64,000 nucleotides of DNA from Geosiphon pyriformis uo1 (GCA_016748015.1 JAAOMT010000599.1:248001-312000), one strand, 5' to 3'; numbered from the stretch's first letter, positions 39,766 through 54,410 are shown. Made by a program: numbers and translations. Notes: generated from the sequence alone by a model not told the origin.

Positions 39766-40425
39766 ATGTCACTACCAATTAGAATAAAAACTATTCCAAA
39801 AGATCTTGATTTCAGTCGACCACAAAGTTCTTCAGCACCATCGCTGGTCAGATGTTCCTCGCCAACACACTCAATTTTTTTAGAAGCTCATCACCAACTA
39901 CAACAAACAACAACTCAAGAAAATCTTTCAAATCAATCTTTCCAACAGCCACAACAAAACAAGAATAGATCACGATTTCAAAAACATTTACGAAAACCTC
40001 GTTCATTCGACAGTTATCTCGATTCCAATTTCAATATCTTACCCCAGGCAAAATCATCATGCGATAATTGTGTATCGATTGATTCGAATATGGTATTGAG
40101 CAATTGTTCAAAAGGACATGGATATATTAACAGTGAACAATCGTCATCCTTGTTTTCCACCACTCTGAAAATTTTACACCGACTTTTATATGCAATTCGG
40201 TTATTTGGATTTACGGAGCCTATTGAATATGATTCTAGACGAAGTAGTCTCTTAAGAATCGAATCCCCTACGTATGAGATGCAAGAAGATGAACTAGTCG
40301 AAGTTTATTGGACAGTTGAAGATGAAGTTTTTGGAAAATATAATCATGAAGAAGAAGAGGAAGAGGAATTTTTATTTATTGGTCATGGAAAGTCACCATC
40401 TTCTTTGCCACGATTTCTGCATTAA
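39766..40425 (+). CDS. Uncharacterised Ser-rich disordered protein, paralog A (219 aa, intronless)
   Basis: Intact ORF with higher GC than its flanks. Motifs SSPTHSIFL, LRKPRSFDSYL and EEEEFLFI are shared with two other ORFs in the window. TATAAAA at ~39508. Confidence 0.8.
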   Translation: MSLPIRIKTIPKDLDFSRPQSSSAPSLVRCSSPTHSIFLEAHHQLQQTTTQENLSNQSFQQPQQNKNRSRFQKHLRKPRSFDSYLDSNFNILPQAKSSCDNCVSIDSNMVLSNCSKGHGYINSEQSSSLFSTTLKILHRLLYAIRLFGFTEPIEYDSRRSSLLRIESPTYEMQEDELVEVYWTVEDEVFGKYNHEEEEEEEFLFIGHGKSPSSLPRFLH

Positions 40426-41106
40426 TATAGTGAAATATATATAATAATATAATGGTTGAAGAATGATATTTTTCATTGTCAATAGAAAGATATGTTATAG
40501 AGATTTTTATGATGATTTAGAAACACTTTTGAAAAGACTTATCCATTCTGAACATTTTTTTTTAGAAAAAATATATAACACTTATAATTTCCCTTGTGAT
40601 TTTTTTTTTTTGGAAATATTTCTCTTTTAAATTTCTCTGAAATTTACTTTTTTCATGTACCAAAATAATCACCAATGTCTTATAGTTTTAAGGAATTTCA
40701 GTAAAAATATGTATATATAAAAAATCAAAAGGTTAAAAAATAAAAATACGAAATAATTTTTTGCTACATAACAAATTTTACTTACGTTTTGAATATGAAT
40801 ATTCCCGATAATCTGAAAAAAAAAATAATTTGTATTCTATTTTTTCCGTTTTTTAAAAAATTTGCACCATAAAACTAAAATTTTTTGTGAAACTGTCATC
40901 AGATTTTTTAATATTTTTGTGTGGAACTGTTTTATCACAAATAGAACAAAAAAACCATCATTTATTTGTATCACCATTCAAAACCTTTCATTTACATTTA
41001 AGGAAAAATTTATAATCAAAAAAATGAAGATTTTTAATGAATGAACGAATTTACTAATTTGTAATGAATTTAGTGAAATCGAATAGGTGCAGAATGGAAG
41101 TAATGG

Positions 41107-41224
41107 TATGTAAATGAAGAAAATAATATGTAAATGAAGAAAATAATATGTAAATGAAGAAAATAATATTTAAATGAAGAAATGATATGTAAATGAAGAA
41201 AATGATATGTAAATGAAGAAAATG
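41107..41224. repeat. Minisatellite, about 6 x 20 bp (TATGTAAATGAAGAAAATAA)
   Basis: Head-to-tail near-identical units without spacers. Confidence 0.9.
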
Positions 41225-42058
41225 CATAAACCCTAATAACTTTACAGAACAATTAAATGATAAATGGGATGATGATAATAAAACAAAAAAAGTTTTTTTT
41301 TTTCCTGACTCTGTATAATCTCATAATTTAAAAATTTTCAAATACCTTTTTTGTTTAATAATTTTCTAAATCGAACGAAATAAAGTATTTTAGAAAAAAA
41401 AAAGGAAAAAAAACTCCTTCCTTCCTCCCCCTCCCTCTCCTGAAGTTTGATAATATGGAATCATGTGGAAAAAAACCCCCCAATTTCAATTGTTTAAAAA
41501 CCAAAAACAAAGGTTGAAAAAAAAAAAAGATTTTTAAATCTTTTTTGTTTTCCAAATAAATTTCCTTGTTTTGAAAATATCATTTCTAGAATAGAGTTAC
41601 CATATATGTAAATACAATAGAATATAATATAATCAAGTAGTCGTATAAAAAAAAAAAAAAATTTTTTTTGTAACAAAAAACTGGTTCTTTAATTCCATAT
41701 ACATACAAGAAGACTCTTTATTTTGAAAAATTGATTTATTGATTTTAAAAATACGTTTACTTTTTTCTTTTTAAATAATTTCGTTTTTATTCAGAATGAG
41801 AGTTTGGTTGGTATTCGGTTTTTAGAGAAAAAAAATAATAATTAAATCTTATTTTATTTTATGGAAAAAAAAATTTTTTTTTGATTAAAAAAAAAATTAT
41901 ATAATTTAAATTGTGTTTTGGTTTTTCAGAATGAAAAATATAATTTATTTTTCAAATATTTGGGAGAAATAAAAATCATAATTCGAGAATCTATAAGTTT
42001 TAGGGTCATAAGAAATAAGTCTGTTTAATGTGGTTAGAACGAGAAAATAAACTAATAA

Positions 42059-42598
42059 TCAAGAACTTTCAAAAGAAAATTTTTTGATTTCTGGTTGTTT
42101 AGGAAGTTTAATAAAGATAAACTCTTCTTCCTCTGTCTCATCATCAATATCCAGATCACTTTGTGACGAAATAATACTACTTCTCTTGCTAAATCCTCGA
42201 TCGTTAAATAAGGCATTCGTATTTGAAGGTTGGTTATAGATAGGTGACTCAGGTGGAGTTGAAAATCGTTTATTTTGGCACTGATACAAAGATTCTTTTT
42301 GGTCATAGTTCGAGGTGGAATTTGATGAAAAGTAAGAATCCAAACTGTTTATAGAAGAGCTCGAATCGGACCAGATTGATCGATGTAACAAGTATACGTC
42401 AAACGATTGTGGTTTTCGAAGATATCTAAAAAATTTATGTTTTTCTTTTTTAGATTTTCGTTGGCTTTCTAGAAAGATCGAATGGGTTGGGGATGAGTTT
42501 AGATCTGGTAAAGGAGATACATTTCCAGGATTGGTGTTTTGTTGATCATTTGGAATCGATATTTGAATCTTAGGTTTGGCTTGAATGGTAGAAAACAT
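42059..42598 (-). CDS. Uncharacterised Ser-rich disordered protein, paralog B (179 aa, intronless)
   Basis: Motifs SSPTHSIFL, LRKPQSFDVYL and EEEEFIFI. Convergent with paralog A. Confidence 0.8.
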   Translation of the reverse strand: MFSTIQAKPKIQISIPNDQQNTNPGNVSPLPDLNSSPTHSIFLESQRKSKKEKHKFFRYLRKPQSFDVYLLHRSIWSDSSSSINSLDSYFSSNSTSNYDQKESLYQCQNKRFSTPPESPIYNQPSNTNALFNDRGFSKRSSIISSQSDLDIDDETEEEEFIFIKLPKQPEIKKFSFESS

Positions 42599-42735
42599 TA
42601 AACCAACAGGAATTTATGATTAAACTATTCCCTGAAAGCTTTGAATTCTTTTGAAGAAAAAATTTATTTTTCAGAATTCAACCCGACTTGTTCTTAAGCC
42701 TTTTTTTTGTCTAAAATAAAGTGTATCAAATAAAA

Positions 42736-42804
42736 AATAACAACAACAACAACAACAATAATAATAAAAATAATAAAAATAATAATAATAATAATTATTA
42801 TAAT

Positions 42805-42860
<56 letters not shown>

Positions 42861-42865
42861 AACAA
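42736..42865. repeat. Compound (AAC)n/(AAT)n microsatellite upstream of paralog B
   Basis: Seen directly. Confidence 0.9.
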
Positions 42866-43279
42866 TACGGAGATGTAAGTCGGCTTTTGTAAATGTGTCA
42901 TCTGTCTGTTGAGAGAAAGGGTCATGTACGACCGATGTGATTTTATTTTTGATACAATTGGTGGGTTTTGAGAATTTCGGTGATCATAAATTAGCACAAC
43001 ACCGAATATTATTAGATAACAAAAAGTATTCAACTCCTTTAGACAGCAGGTTTCCTTAAAATTTATTCAAAAAGTATCCGTGCGCATTAATATAATTATT
43101 TACAGTTATTGTATTGAAACGTTTTTAATTTGGAAATAAAGCATGTTTTTTCTGTTCAACAAGGATCAGCATTCACTGTTAAGGGTGACAGTGAAGAGGT
43201 TCGTGTGTAATAAAAATTTTGAAGTTGAAAGCAGATATTATGTTTTTTTGATTGTTTACAATGATAATCCATCTTTATG

Positions 43280-43405
43280 AAGTAAGTAAAGTAAGTAAAG
43301 TAAAGTAAAGTAAAATAAAGTAAAGTAAAGTAAAGTAAAGTAAAGTAAAGTAAAGTAAAGTAAAGTAGAGTAAGGTAAGTAAGGTAAGTAAGCAAGCAAG
43401 TAAAG
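43280..43405. repeat. (AAAGT)n/(AAGT)n microsatellite
   Basis: Seen directly. Confidence 0.9.
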
Positions 43406-43890
43406 AAAAAATGTTTTTATATTTTATAGCATTTAAAAAAAGAAACAGTAGAATATTTTATAATTTTCTTCAAATTTTTAGAGGTCAGCATTTAATAAAG
43501 TTTAAAGTTTATCGTGACCAACAATGTGTATGGTCGGATGATTGAACTTTAACAATCGCGTGATGAAAAATTTAGTCAAAAATTTTTTCAATCTTTATCC
43601 TTTTTTAGAAATATGTTCAAGAGTTTGAGGGGTCAAGTGAGCATCATTAATTGAACTGTGACGTTTTTGTATTATTGAGCAAAAGAAGTTTGATTAAAAA
43701 TTATGTAATTGTCATTTTTAAATCAAAATCAGGTTAAATAAGTTATTAATTAATCGATTGATTATTATTATTATTTTTCACCCAGTTTGACAAAGCTTTA
43801 TTTTAAACTTTCATTGTTTTTGAGCTTGTCCGAAAAATTAAGTATTTCATTTTAAAAGATTTAGTGTGAAGATTAAAAATTCTTTGAAGA

Positions 43891-43970
<80 letters not shown>

Positions 43971-44559
43971 TACATTTTTTTTCAAATTAATTGATGTTTG
44001 AAATTAAAAAATTCAAGTGAAATATTAATTAGGTATGAAAGAAGAATAAAAAGGTTTCCAAAAAGAAGGTTTCTACATTTAGATATTAAATTTGTTTTTT
44101 ATTGGTAAATTAATTATTGTAAAAATATTATGTTCTCATGAATCTCTTAAATTTGAAGTTAAAAAGATCAATCCTTTTTTCTTGAGAATAATTATGCCAC
44201 CTCCATTTTAGCGTTAATTAATCCAATCACCATATTAGAACTCATAATAAGAAGAAATGAAAATTTTTACTTGTTTAACAACAAAAGTGATAATTTCTAG
44301 AATGCATTGATTGATGACATAAAGAGATTTTAAGATTTATAAAATTTATAAAATTTATAAAAATATTGAAAAAAATAAAAATTACATGGATATAATATGA
44401 TTATTAATTCTCATTCTCATTCTCATTCTCATCCAATTTGTAGTAATAAAATTACAAAATATGGATTTGTATAAAATTTTATGAAATCTAATCTAAAAAA
44501 ATTAAACGTATGATATTTTTTAATAAACATTAATTAACAATGACTGCTTATCTTCAAAA

Positions 44560-45036
44560 TAGCTAATTTAGGAGTTCAATTGCAAATTAATATTTATCTA
44601 TTATGTTTAATTGTTGAAATCTTCTTGGGATCTTTTGTCAAAAAAAATCTACGCTGATCATTAATAAAAAATTTCATTCATAATTGAACAATGATGCAGG
44701 GTCCTGGCACAATACATGTATTTTTAAAAAAGATCTTGACTCGATTCGTCTTATACCTTGGATCATCTTTGGCGACCAATTTTACTTTACTTTTCAGATT
44801 TTTAATTTTTTTCATCCAATTCACAAATTCTTTTTTGTAAGAGTGAAATTTTATATCAGGTTTGAGAGTTCAAAACTCATAGAATATACCGAATTCTCAT
44901 CATATTCCTTTCATTATAATCAGAAAATTGGTGAAGTCTTTTTTTTTAAATTTCTAGTTTTATAAATAAATAATTTGTTAAATCGTATCAGAATTATGTT
45001 CAGAAATGAATGATACGGTTTATTATCTGTGATGAC

Positions 45037-45081
<45 letters not shown>

Positions 45082-45540
45082 TCTTTTCAAGTTAAATTTT
45101 ATTGAAACTAAATACCATAACGGTGAAAACCCATTTTGAATCTTTCAAGATTTATTCAAAACCTCAAGAATAACCGATTTTTTTATAAAGAGAAAACAAA
45201 TATATATCTTTGATAAACTTAAATTTTTTATCAATAATATAAATAATTATCAATGGAAATTTTGATAAAATCTTTAAATATTGAAATGTATGGGCTGAAA
45301 AAAATGTTTCTAACCAAGAATCTCGTCTCTCAAATCTTGCTTGATCACCATATCTCATCAGAAATGTAGATTCCCCATAATAAAAACGGTCATCTCCGAA
45401 TTTTTCCCATGTTAATAAATCCTATCGTAGAAGCAGATGATGTAATTCATTACCCGATAATACCTAATTTTTCAAGACTCTCGATTTCTCATCGAAATCA
45501 ATAGTCGATTTGTCCTTTTTTTCCAATATCGAAAATCCGT
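44560..45540 (-). pseudogene. Possible decayed protein-coding gene of unknown family
   Basis: Long protein-like minus-strand stretches broken by stops and frameshifts (DLLTWEKFGDDRFYYGESTFLMRYGDQARFERRDSWLETFF; KPDIKFHSYKKEFVNWMKKIKNLKSKVKLVAKDDPRYKTNRVKIFF). Confidence 0.35.
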
Positions 45541-47037
45541 GTTTTTAATTATCGTGAAAAAATATAATAGGAATTTTTATTCAAAAAAAATACGAGAAAA
45601 AATAACCATTGTCCTCTCTTTTCCATCTGGAGACAACTGCACAGATCATGTTGAATGGCTCTTCATTTCTTTTTTTCGTTTAAAACTACTGCAGTTATAA
45701 ATTTTTATGCATCTATCCTGGAAAAGACTCTAGATTCATTTGAATCTATATCTTAACCAATAAAAAAGAGTCATCACTGTCAATGATGATTAAAAGTATT
45801 ATGGCCCATTGTCGGCGATGACTGCCGAGATGATCGAACCCTTTGCTGGAATTTTTGACATCCGAAATGAGTAAGTATCTGAGCCACCATTTTTATTTTC
45901 TTGTTAGCCAAGATTGACCTTATTTGTAAACTTACATTCCAGAAAAGTCACACTAAAAATATATAATTATTGGTGAAAAGATGTGTTTTTTTTCCCAGAA
46001 TTATTGTTAATCCTATATTGGTTACACGTTTTCAAGAAAAATAAGAAGTTTTGAATGTTTCAAAAAAGTTATTTTTTGGGGGTTAACGACCCAATTATGC
46101 AAGGAGAAACAATAATATTGAGATGGACAAATTTTAAAAATGGTTTTGACAAAAAATTGTGCCATTGAAAAAAAGACGACGAGCTAGAAAAAAGAGATAC
46201 TCCCAATTTTTAGATACAGTATGTCGGAAACACATTTTTCCTATATCCAACAAGCAAGTATTTATGATTCAGATTAAATGCATAATAGCTTCATTTATTC
46301 TTTTTAAGTTTTCCCTAAAAAATTATCCTACAAAATATATCATGATTACCTCATCATACAGAGAACTCATCTGGACTCATTAATGAGCATTGAATCTTGA
46401 TAAATTCAAAAGCAGAATCCTTAAAAAAATCCTACAAGAAATGGTAAAAGACAAAGGCTGAAAACAAAAAAACCTGCGAAAGTCTAAACAATTTTTTCAA
46501 TTCTGCATAGTCTTATTCCAAATTTTTACCCCAGAATACCTTTTTTAGTTTTTTAATTTTTAATTGTTGCACATATATATATATATTTTTTAATTCATCT
46601 TTTTTTCGTTTCAAAAACTTGATTAGGTTAGTCTGGTTTATTATTATTATTATTTTATTATTAAAACGCAAATAATAATGAATCGTTTCATTCAAATGAC
46701 CTTTTAATTAAATAATGTATGAAATTTTGGTTAGTGCATTTGGGAAATTTTAATGTTCTAAAAAGAAGTTTTACTTAAAAAAATTGAATCGACGACATTT
46801 ACTTATTTTGGGAATGTAAAAACGGGTAAGTTCTTTTCTTTTTTCAGGCAAGTCTTTAAAAAATGGACAATAATTATGTCTTGTTTACTCGAAATTTGTG
46901 ATTAGGTTCTTTTTCATTATCCAAAATTTTAAATTAAGTATATAAAAGATGTATTAATTTGAATTGAGGGATTCATAATTGGATGAAATAAAAAATATTT
47001 ATTCTGTTAAAATGGTTGGATAAATCGAGTAGGATAG

Positions 47038-47069
<32 letters not shown>

Positions 47070-49528
47070 TTTTTTTGTATCAAAAATTCTGCAAAAAAAG
47101 CTTTAACATAATATTATTTGTTAAAGATAATTTTCATAACATGAGATTTTTCAAATTTACATTTTTTGAAATAAAAAAATTATAATCGATTTTTATTTAT
47201 TTGATGAGATTCAAATAAATAAAATCTGAAGAACAATGAAATTTGGCCCTAATCCGTATAATGGACAATGAACGCCGTTAATTTTCAAATCTAACCATGT
47301 TAATCATCCCAAAATCTTGGGGGATGATCACTGCTTTCTATTCTTTGCACAAATATTTTTCAGCCTCAGAGAATCATCATCAAAGTAGGCATGAAAGACC
47401 CTGCAGTACCGCTTATCAGGATAAATACATCTCACATGTCTATTACATTTATATTTGTATCTTTTGTTAAAATGCCTTTCTTTAGTTGATAAAAAAAATT
47501 CCTATATCTCAGCGTTTTTAATCACTTGATTAAGGCATAGGATATAATCATTAATTCAAAAATGATGATGAAAAATGATGATATTTATTATATCACACTT
47601 TATTAGATATCACGAGAGCCAATCTGGCAAGAGATAAGGTAAAAATATTAGGTATAAATTTAAAATAATACTGCCTAATTTAATTATTAATATAACCTAA
47701 AAAACAATTAATATATATTTTCTAAAGATTAAAACTCGGGAAAGAAGAAATTAACTTTAATTTTTGGTTTATAAATTTTAAAATCAATAAATAGAAGCGA
47801 AAATAATATTTTCAAAATATTTCTAGGTCTAACTCACTTGATTTATAGTCAACTTTTTTTAAAATTTAAAATCGTTTAAATTGAAACATTTATTAAGAGA
47901 ATTACATAGAGGCTTCATTAAAAAAACTTATTTATGCTTCGAAGGACTAGCAATCTCTAACCCCTCTTCAATTATTCTCTCTAATGACGAAAAATGATCA
48001 AAAAATAGTGGCGCCAAATATTTCAATCTCTAACTTTGGTTGGAATTAAAATTTTATATGTATAAAGGTGACAACTTTATAACATCCTATCATTATCATA
48101 TCTGAATTAAGAAGGCTTTTATGTTGGTGGGCTGGTTCGCATTTTGTATTGCATGAAAATATTTACAATTTAATTGATTCATTATTTTATTTTTTTGAGG
48201 ATCTAGAATAGTTTTCACGGGGTCCAATTATATATATATATAAGTTTTGCGAAAATGATTTGCAGTGATTCTATTTGAAAAAAATCTTTTTTTTGATAAA
48301 ATTCAAAACAAGAAAATCTCTTGTTCATAACCTATTAAAGAGATCTTTTATTTTCAAATTTTTTTTTTTTTTCTAAAAAAAAAATTTTAATTAATATTTT
48401 TACCAATTTATTTTTGATTGATTACATTATTAATTTCTTTGAATAAAAATATCTAAAAAAATTTAATGATATAATAAAAAAATGTGTTGCAAATTTTCAT
48501 AATAGTTATGAATTTAAAATTAATATATATTTATTTTTTTATTTTGAAAAAATAATGAAAATTATCAAAACCAAAAGTAAAATATATTTATATTTTTTTT
48601 GGTTGATTAAAAAAATATATTTAATTTATCTAAAATATTTTTTTTGTTTACATAATTTTATAAATATTAAAAATAGTTAAATTTAAACAAATCATTTTTT
48701 TTTAAGAGATTATTAGGATTTTTTTTAAAAAAATTAAAACCAAATAAGTTTAAATATTTTCAAAAGTAAAAAACCGAAAATATTAAAAATTTTTTTAAAA
48801 TTATAAATTAATAATGATGAGTCAATGAGTTAATGAGTCAATTCTAATGATTCAGAATATATTTTAAATAATATTACAAAAAAAATTATATATATATATA
48901 TATGTGTGTGTACCATATTTTTTAATATTAATTTCATTGATATCACAATATTATATTATAAAATATTTTGGAAAAAATTTTAATTTCATCTTTCAAGTAT
49001 AAAAAATTAATAATAAATAAATAAATAAATAAAAATAAAGATTTTTTGATTACTGGTTATTGGTTACTGGTTTTTTGTAATAATATCTTTTTACAATAAA
49101 ATCTTTTTACCTGAAAAAAAAAATTACTAAATTAAAAAATTTTATTATTTTATTATTTTAAAACTAGCTAACAATTTTTAATGAATTAATTTTAATAAAA
49201 AGAAACACTATACTAATGAATTAATTTTAATGGAAAGGAACACACATATTAGAACAGAATTAAAAACGTAATTAATACAAGTTTGCTTTTAAATAATGAT
49301 TATTTTATACAATCTTTAAAAAATTCATGATTTTAGAATTAAATATATATATATATATATATATATTTTTTAATTATAAGAAATAAAATATTATATCAAA
49401 TATTATTATAAAATAATATATATTAGAAAATATATATATATATATTGTCATACCAAAAAATTTATTAATTAATAATTGAAAATAAAGTTTACAAAAAAAA
49501 AACCAGTTTATTAATGATAAAATACAAG

Positions 49529-49570
<42 letters not shown>

Positions 49571-52115
49571 GTTTTTTATTTGCATGACCTTAATTTATTG
49601 AATAAACCATTTTTATTTGCATGACCATAATTCATTGAACAAAACATTTTATTTTTTTTAAAAGACTTTTCTAATTAGAAATTAAAAATATGCACAAAAC
49701 AGATAACCAACATATACCTGTTCACTCTTTTTTTTTTTTTTTTTCGTTTATTGATTAAATGTAGTATCGTAACCTATCACAAAATAAAATGAATGTTGTT
49801 CAAAACCTTAAAAACGTATAAAATTCAAAGTTGTAAATGTTAATTTTTATTTTAAAAGTTTATATAAGAAAGCATAATAAATATATATATATATATATGA
49901 TAATTTAGAGTTTTAACATAATACACAACATTTTTCGATTATTATTATTATTTAAAAAAAAAAAAAGGGTTTAAAAATCACTTTTTAAAATAAAGTCTTA
50001 TTTTTTTTACACTTACTTGTTTAAAAATTATTGAAAAAATTATTCTCGAGTTAACAAATTATTAATTCCGTTTTACAAAAATTATTTCAATTTTAATTGG
50101 TTTAAGCAAAAAATTCCAATAGATTTATTAGACTATTATTATATAAAATAAATATGAAAAAATGAACTAAAACATCTGTAATTTTTTTTTCATCCCAATA
50201 ATCAAACCAATAAATTCCATCATAACCAATAAATTATTAGAAAAATTTAGGAAAAACTGAATGCTGCGAAAATCTTTGTTTTCGTTATATTCAAAAGTTC
50301 AAATCTAACCATATTTTCGGGACAATTTCACATATTGGTTTATCATTTCAAATTTGATCTTCAATTCATATAAATCCCTAATATTTGGGTTATTGAAATT
50401 AATGACATTCTAACTAAAAACTTTGGAAATTAATAAAATTATTATTATTAAAATCTGGTTTTAGTATTTAAAAAAAAGTTTCAAAATTATTACCGATCAT
50501 ATTTTTCTAATGGATCATATTAAATTGATATTAAATATTTTGTTTAGTATTCTAAACTATGAATGATTGACAAATGATAATTAAATGCTTTAAAAATATC
50601 TATTTAGAACAAAGAATCTCATTGTAATTTTTTATATTTGAGATGTCAAAAAACTTTTTCTTCGATCGAACATAGTTATAAAAAATCTTGAAAAATCAAA
50701 TACAAATAAAGCTTTCTGAAACAATCTATTTTCAAAGACAGTTGTTATATTAATTCATATGAAATGTTTAATTGATTGTATTTTCAGCTAAATATTGATG
50801 TCAATTTTTTTTTTCAATGCATAGATTTACAGCCCAGATTGTTTGCAGGACTTGAAAAAAGTTTTCTGCACGATATAATTAATAAGATAAGTATATATTA
50901 TTATTATTATTATTATTATTATATTATAGCTAAAAGGCAAAGAAGAAGATTGCTACACAACCAGTAAATGAAACTTTTTATCTCTGCACGTAGTAGAGCT
51001 CTTTTTTTTTTTTTTTTTTAATAATTGGCAACAGCCGGTTTCTAAACTGCCAAAGTTGAACTATCAAATTAGGATTTTCGTTACTCCTGTCAAGATAAGA
51101 TGAAAAAGTAAGTAACTTACCCACAGATCATTATTCTAAAAGCACGTCAAAATTTAAATGCAAATAAAATAAAATAAAATAAAAGATAGCCCTTTGAAGG
51201 ACAAACTTTTATATCCTATAAAAAATTGTAAATAATGTCTCATATCGAAAATTGGCGGGAAAATTGGGTAATTCATGAGATTGGAATATTTTTTAATGAC
51301 ACGATTGTGTTAAACGCACACCTTTTGTTTTCTAGAAATCGAAGATTGAGCATAAATAGAATGAATTAGTAGATTAGAAAATTGATCGAATTTCTCTGAT
51401 TCTGCGTGCTACAAAGATCGAGATCGGGTGATCATCACTACCGTCAACAATGATTCTTTTACAAATATCTATTTTGGGTTAGTAGAAATACATTTGACTT
51501 GGAGAGGTGGATCTTTTTTCAGATCTCAAATTTATTTCATTAGACAAAAGGTTATCTATAAGAGAGCTTTTCACGTTTTTTAGAATTCAAAAATTATTAT
51601 TTTAAAATTTTAAAAAATTGTTATTTTTCTTGTCTTTTAAAATTCAAATTTTTTTATTTTTCGTGTTTCTTTAAATTTAAAAGTTGTCATTTTCTTTTCC
51701 AAGCTACCATATTTCAGAAATCATGATTTGAAAACCTGAAATCAACCTTACTAAAAAAACTCGTCGTTAAACTATAAAGGATTCTAATGTTTAAATACAA
51801 CCAAAAAGTAGTTCAATACCTTTACTTGATAAGACTAATCAATTTTTTTTTAAAATATTTGGCGCTTTACACTTTTATTCATTTTGTTCATATTGCATAT
51901 TTCTTAATTTTTCAAGTAACTTTCTTCATTTGTTCCAATCATGTGAATTTTATTTATTTATAGTTTATTTTTTCATTTTTTCATTTTTTAAAAAAAGTTC
52001 TAGAAGCATCACTTTTAAGAAAATCAAATTTTGTCTAATTGGTAACTTTATTATAATTATAAAGAAACATATTTTACATATATATATTTTATACCATTTC
52101 ATGAAGTGTGAATTG

Positions 52116-52173
<58 letters not shown>

Positions 52174-54162
52174 TTCAAACTTTGAATATTATACATTTCA
52201 TAAAACAAAAACCTAGTTTTTTCAAAAAACGCCGTCATTGAATAACTATTACTAATAAAAAAAAATTTTCTTTATAGCATGCATCTGCGATGCAATGTCA
52301 GACGGCGGAAAAGAAATGTTTGTATGGTTACCATCCAAATAAGAAGAACTATAGAAATAATTTTTCCGTCGAGTCTCTTTGCTAACAATGTCATTGAGTA
52401 AAATCTGACATATTTTTGTGATTTTTATGCAAAAAAAATGTCGCTTACTTTCAGTGCATTAAAAAATGGTCAATCGGTTATTCATTCTCCATGATGAGAT
52501 TCAAAGCTTATACTTACTTACTTATTTTACTTACTTTCTTACTTACTTACTTTTTTATTTATTTATTTATTTATTCACTTACTTACTTGATCCCAATAAA
52601 TTTATTTCCAAGAACTATGTTTTGTGCCAAGTATTATCAATGTCAAAAGAAACTTATAATCATCACGTTCCTAAAACTCAGGGTGTTGAACAAAGGATTC
52701 TTCTATAGTTCTAACCTAAAAACGCGTCTTATTGAACCTTCTAAAAGTTGATAATAATATTTTTATTACGAAAAAAAACATCAAAATAAAAGTAGTAAGA
52801 AGTTTTATAATATACAAATGAGATTCTAACCTATTGAAGTCATTAAAATGAAAATTATCATTTTGAACCGTAATACAATGTTCCATGTGATCAAATATAA
52901 ATTTGGTAAACTACTTGCTGAGTTGATCGAAATAATTCTATTTAAAGATTTTCTAACTTTTGAGATATTTTAAATCAAATGTTATCGGTCGCCAAAGGAA
53001 GCAATCATTAAATAAATAAGGCATCTATTTTTGTCAAGTAATTTCACATAGCCTGATAATAAAGAAAATTCGATTCTTGACAAAATTTTGGTGAAGATGG
53101 AATATTTTGTGTGACAATATCTTGGCATAATTGAAGTAGTGGTGGAGCTATTTTTGAAATAAACTTACTTTTTAATATATATATATATCTTAAACTCATG
53201 TAATGAAAATAATTTTTTTCTTCCGAAAAAATCATTGTTACGTGAGATTTTTTGGAAATTAAGTAATATTTTAAGGTATAAATGTTTATTTTAATTTTGA
53301 TTTTAAATGCCTAATTCGAGATTGTTTGTGTACTAAAATCTTTGATTTCTTAAATAACGATGTAATTCTCAAAATTGGTGGTATGAAATGAAGTTTATTA
53401 AAAAACTAGTTTGAAATATTTTTTCATCAAAAATCAAGAACTATTTGGTTAAATATGTTTAAAATTCTTTTCAAACCAATGTTTTATTGCTCAAACAAGC
53501 ATGGAAAATTGAAAGATGTGAAGGTATCTTGATTTTTTTAAAATCTTTCAGAGTTTGAGTGTAAGAATGAGGCTTCAATAAAGATGACATGAGGGTGTCT
53601 CGTCAATATTTGGGCAAGATATATAATAATGATGTCACGATATATAGGAAAAAAACTCTGACAAAACTTTCAGAAATCCTTGTCATTTAGATATTGGAAT
53701 TTCTAATTTTTCATTCTTTTTGTGTTATGCATGCATGCATGCATATTTATTGTTATTGTATTACACGGGGTTAGTGGAGGATTACAAGAATGGGATAAAA
53801 TGTTTAGATAAAAATTCAAATGTTAATCTCCATCTTAGGAGATAAGGAAATTGTAAATAAGGGTTTTCAAGAAATTCTATTGGCGAAAAAAAAAAATTTT
53901 TCTAATATTCAGGAAATGTTTGGGTTAAATTTACCAAAAATATATCGAATCTTTAAATAAATAAAATTTCAAAACATTATGAAAAATGTCCATGGATCAA
54001 AGGTGTTAATAATAATAGGAAAACAAAAACGAAAACGAAATAAAAACGAAATAAAATATAACGAAACGAAAAGAAAATGATAATAATTAGTATAAAGACA
54101 AAGGCTAATAAATATTTTGGAATTTTTCATTTTTTTCGTTGTCTGGTTGGTTTGTCAATTAC

Positions 54163-54203
<41 letters not shown>

Positions 54204-54315
54204 GTCGTTCGGTTGGTCTGTCAATTATTATTATTATTCGTTGTCGTTTGTTTTGAAAATATTTGACAAATTTTTCTTTTTTGAAAAAAACTCATTTGAT
54301 CATAAATGACTTGTT

Positions 54316-54410
<95 letters not shown>
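54316..54410. repeat. (TGTATG)n/(TG)n microsatellite
   Basis: Seen directly. Confidence 0.9.

Noticed and set aside
41107-41224. CRISPR-like array
   Set aside because: Head-to-tail repeats with no unique spacers, eukaryotic context and no cas genes.
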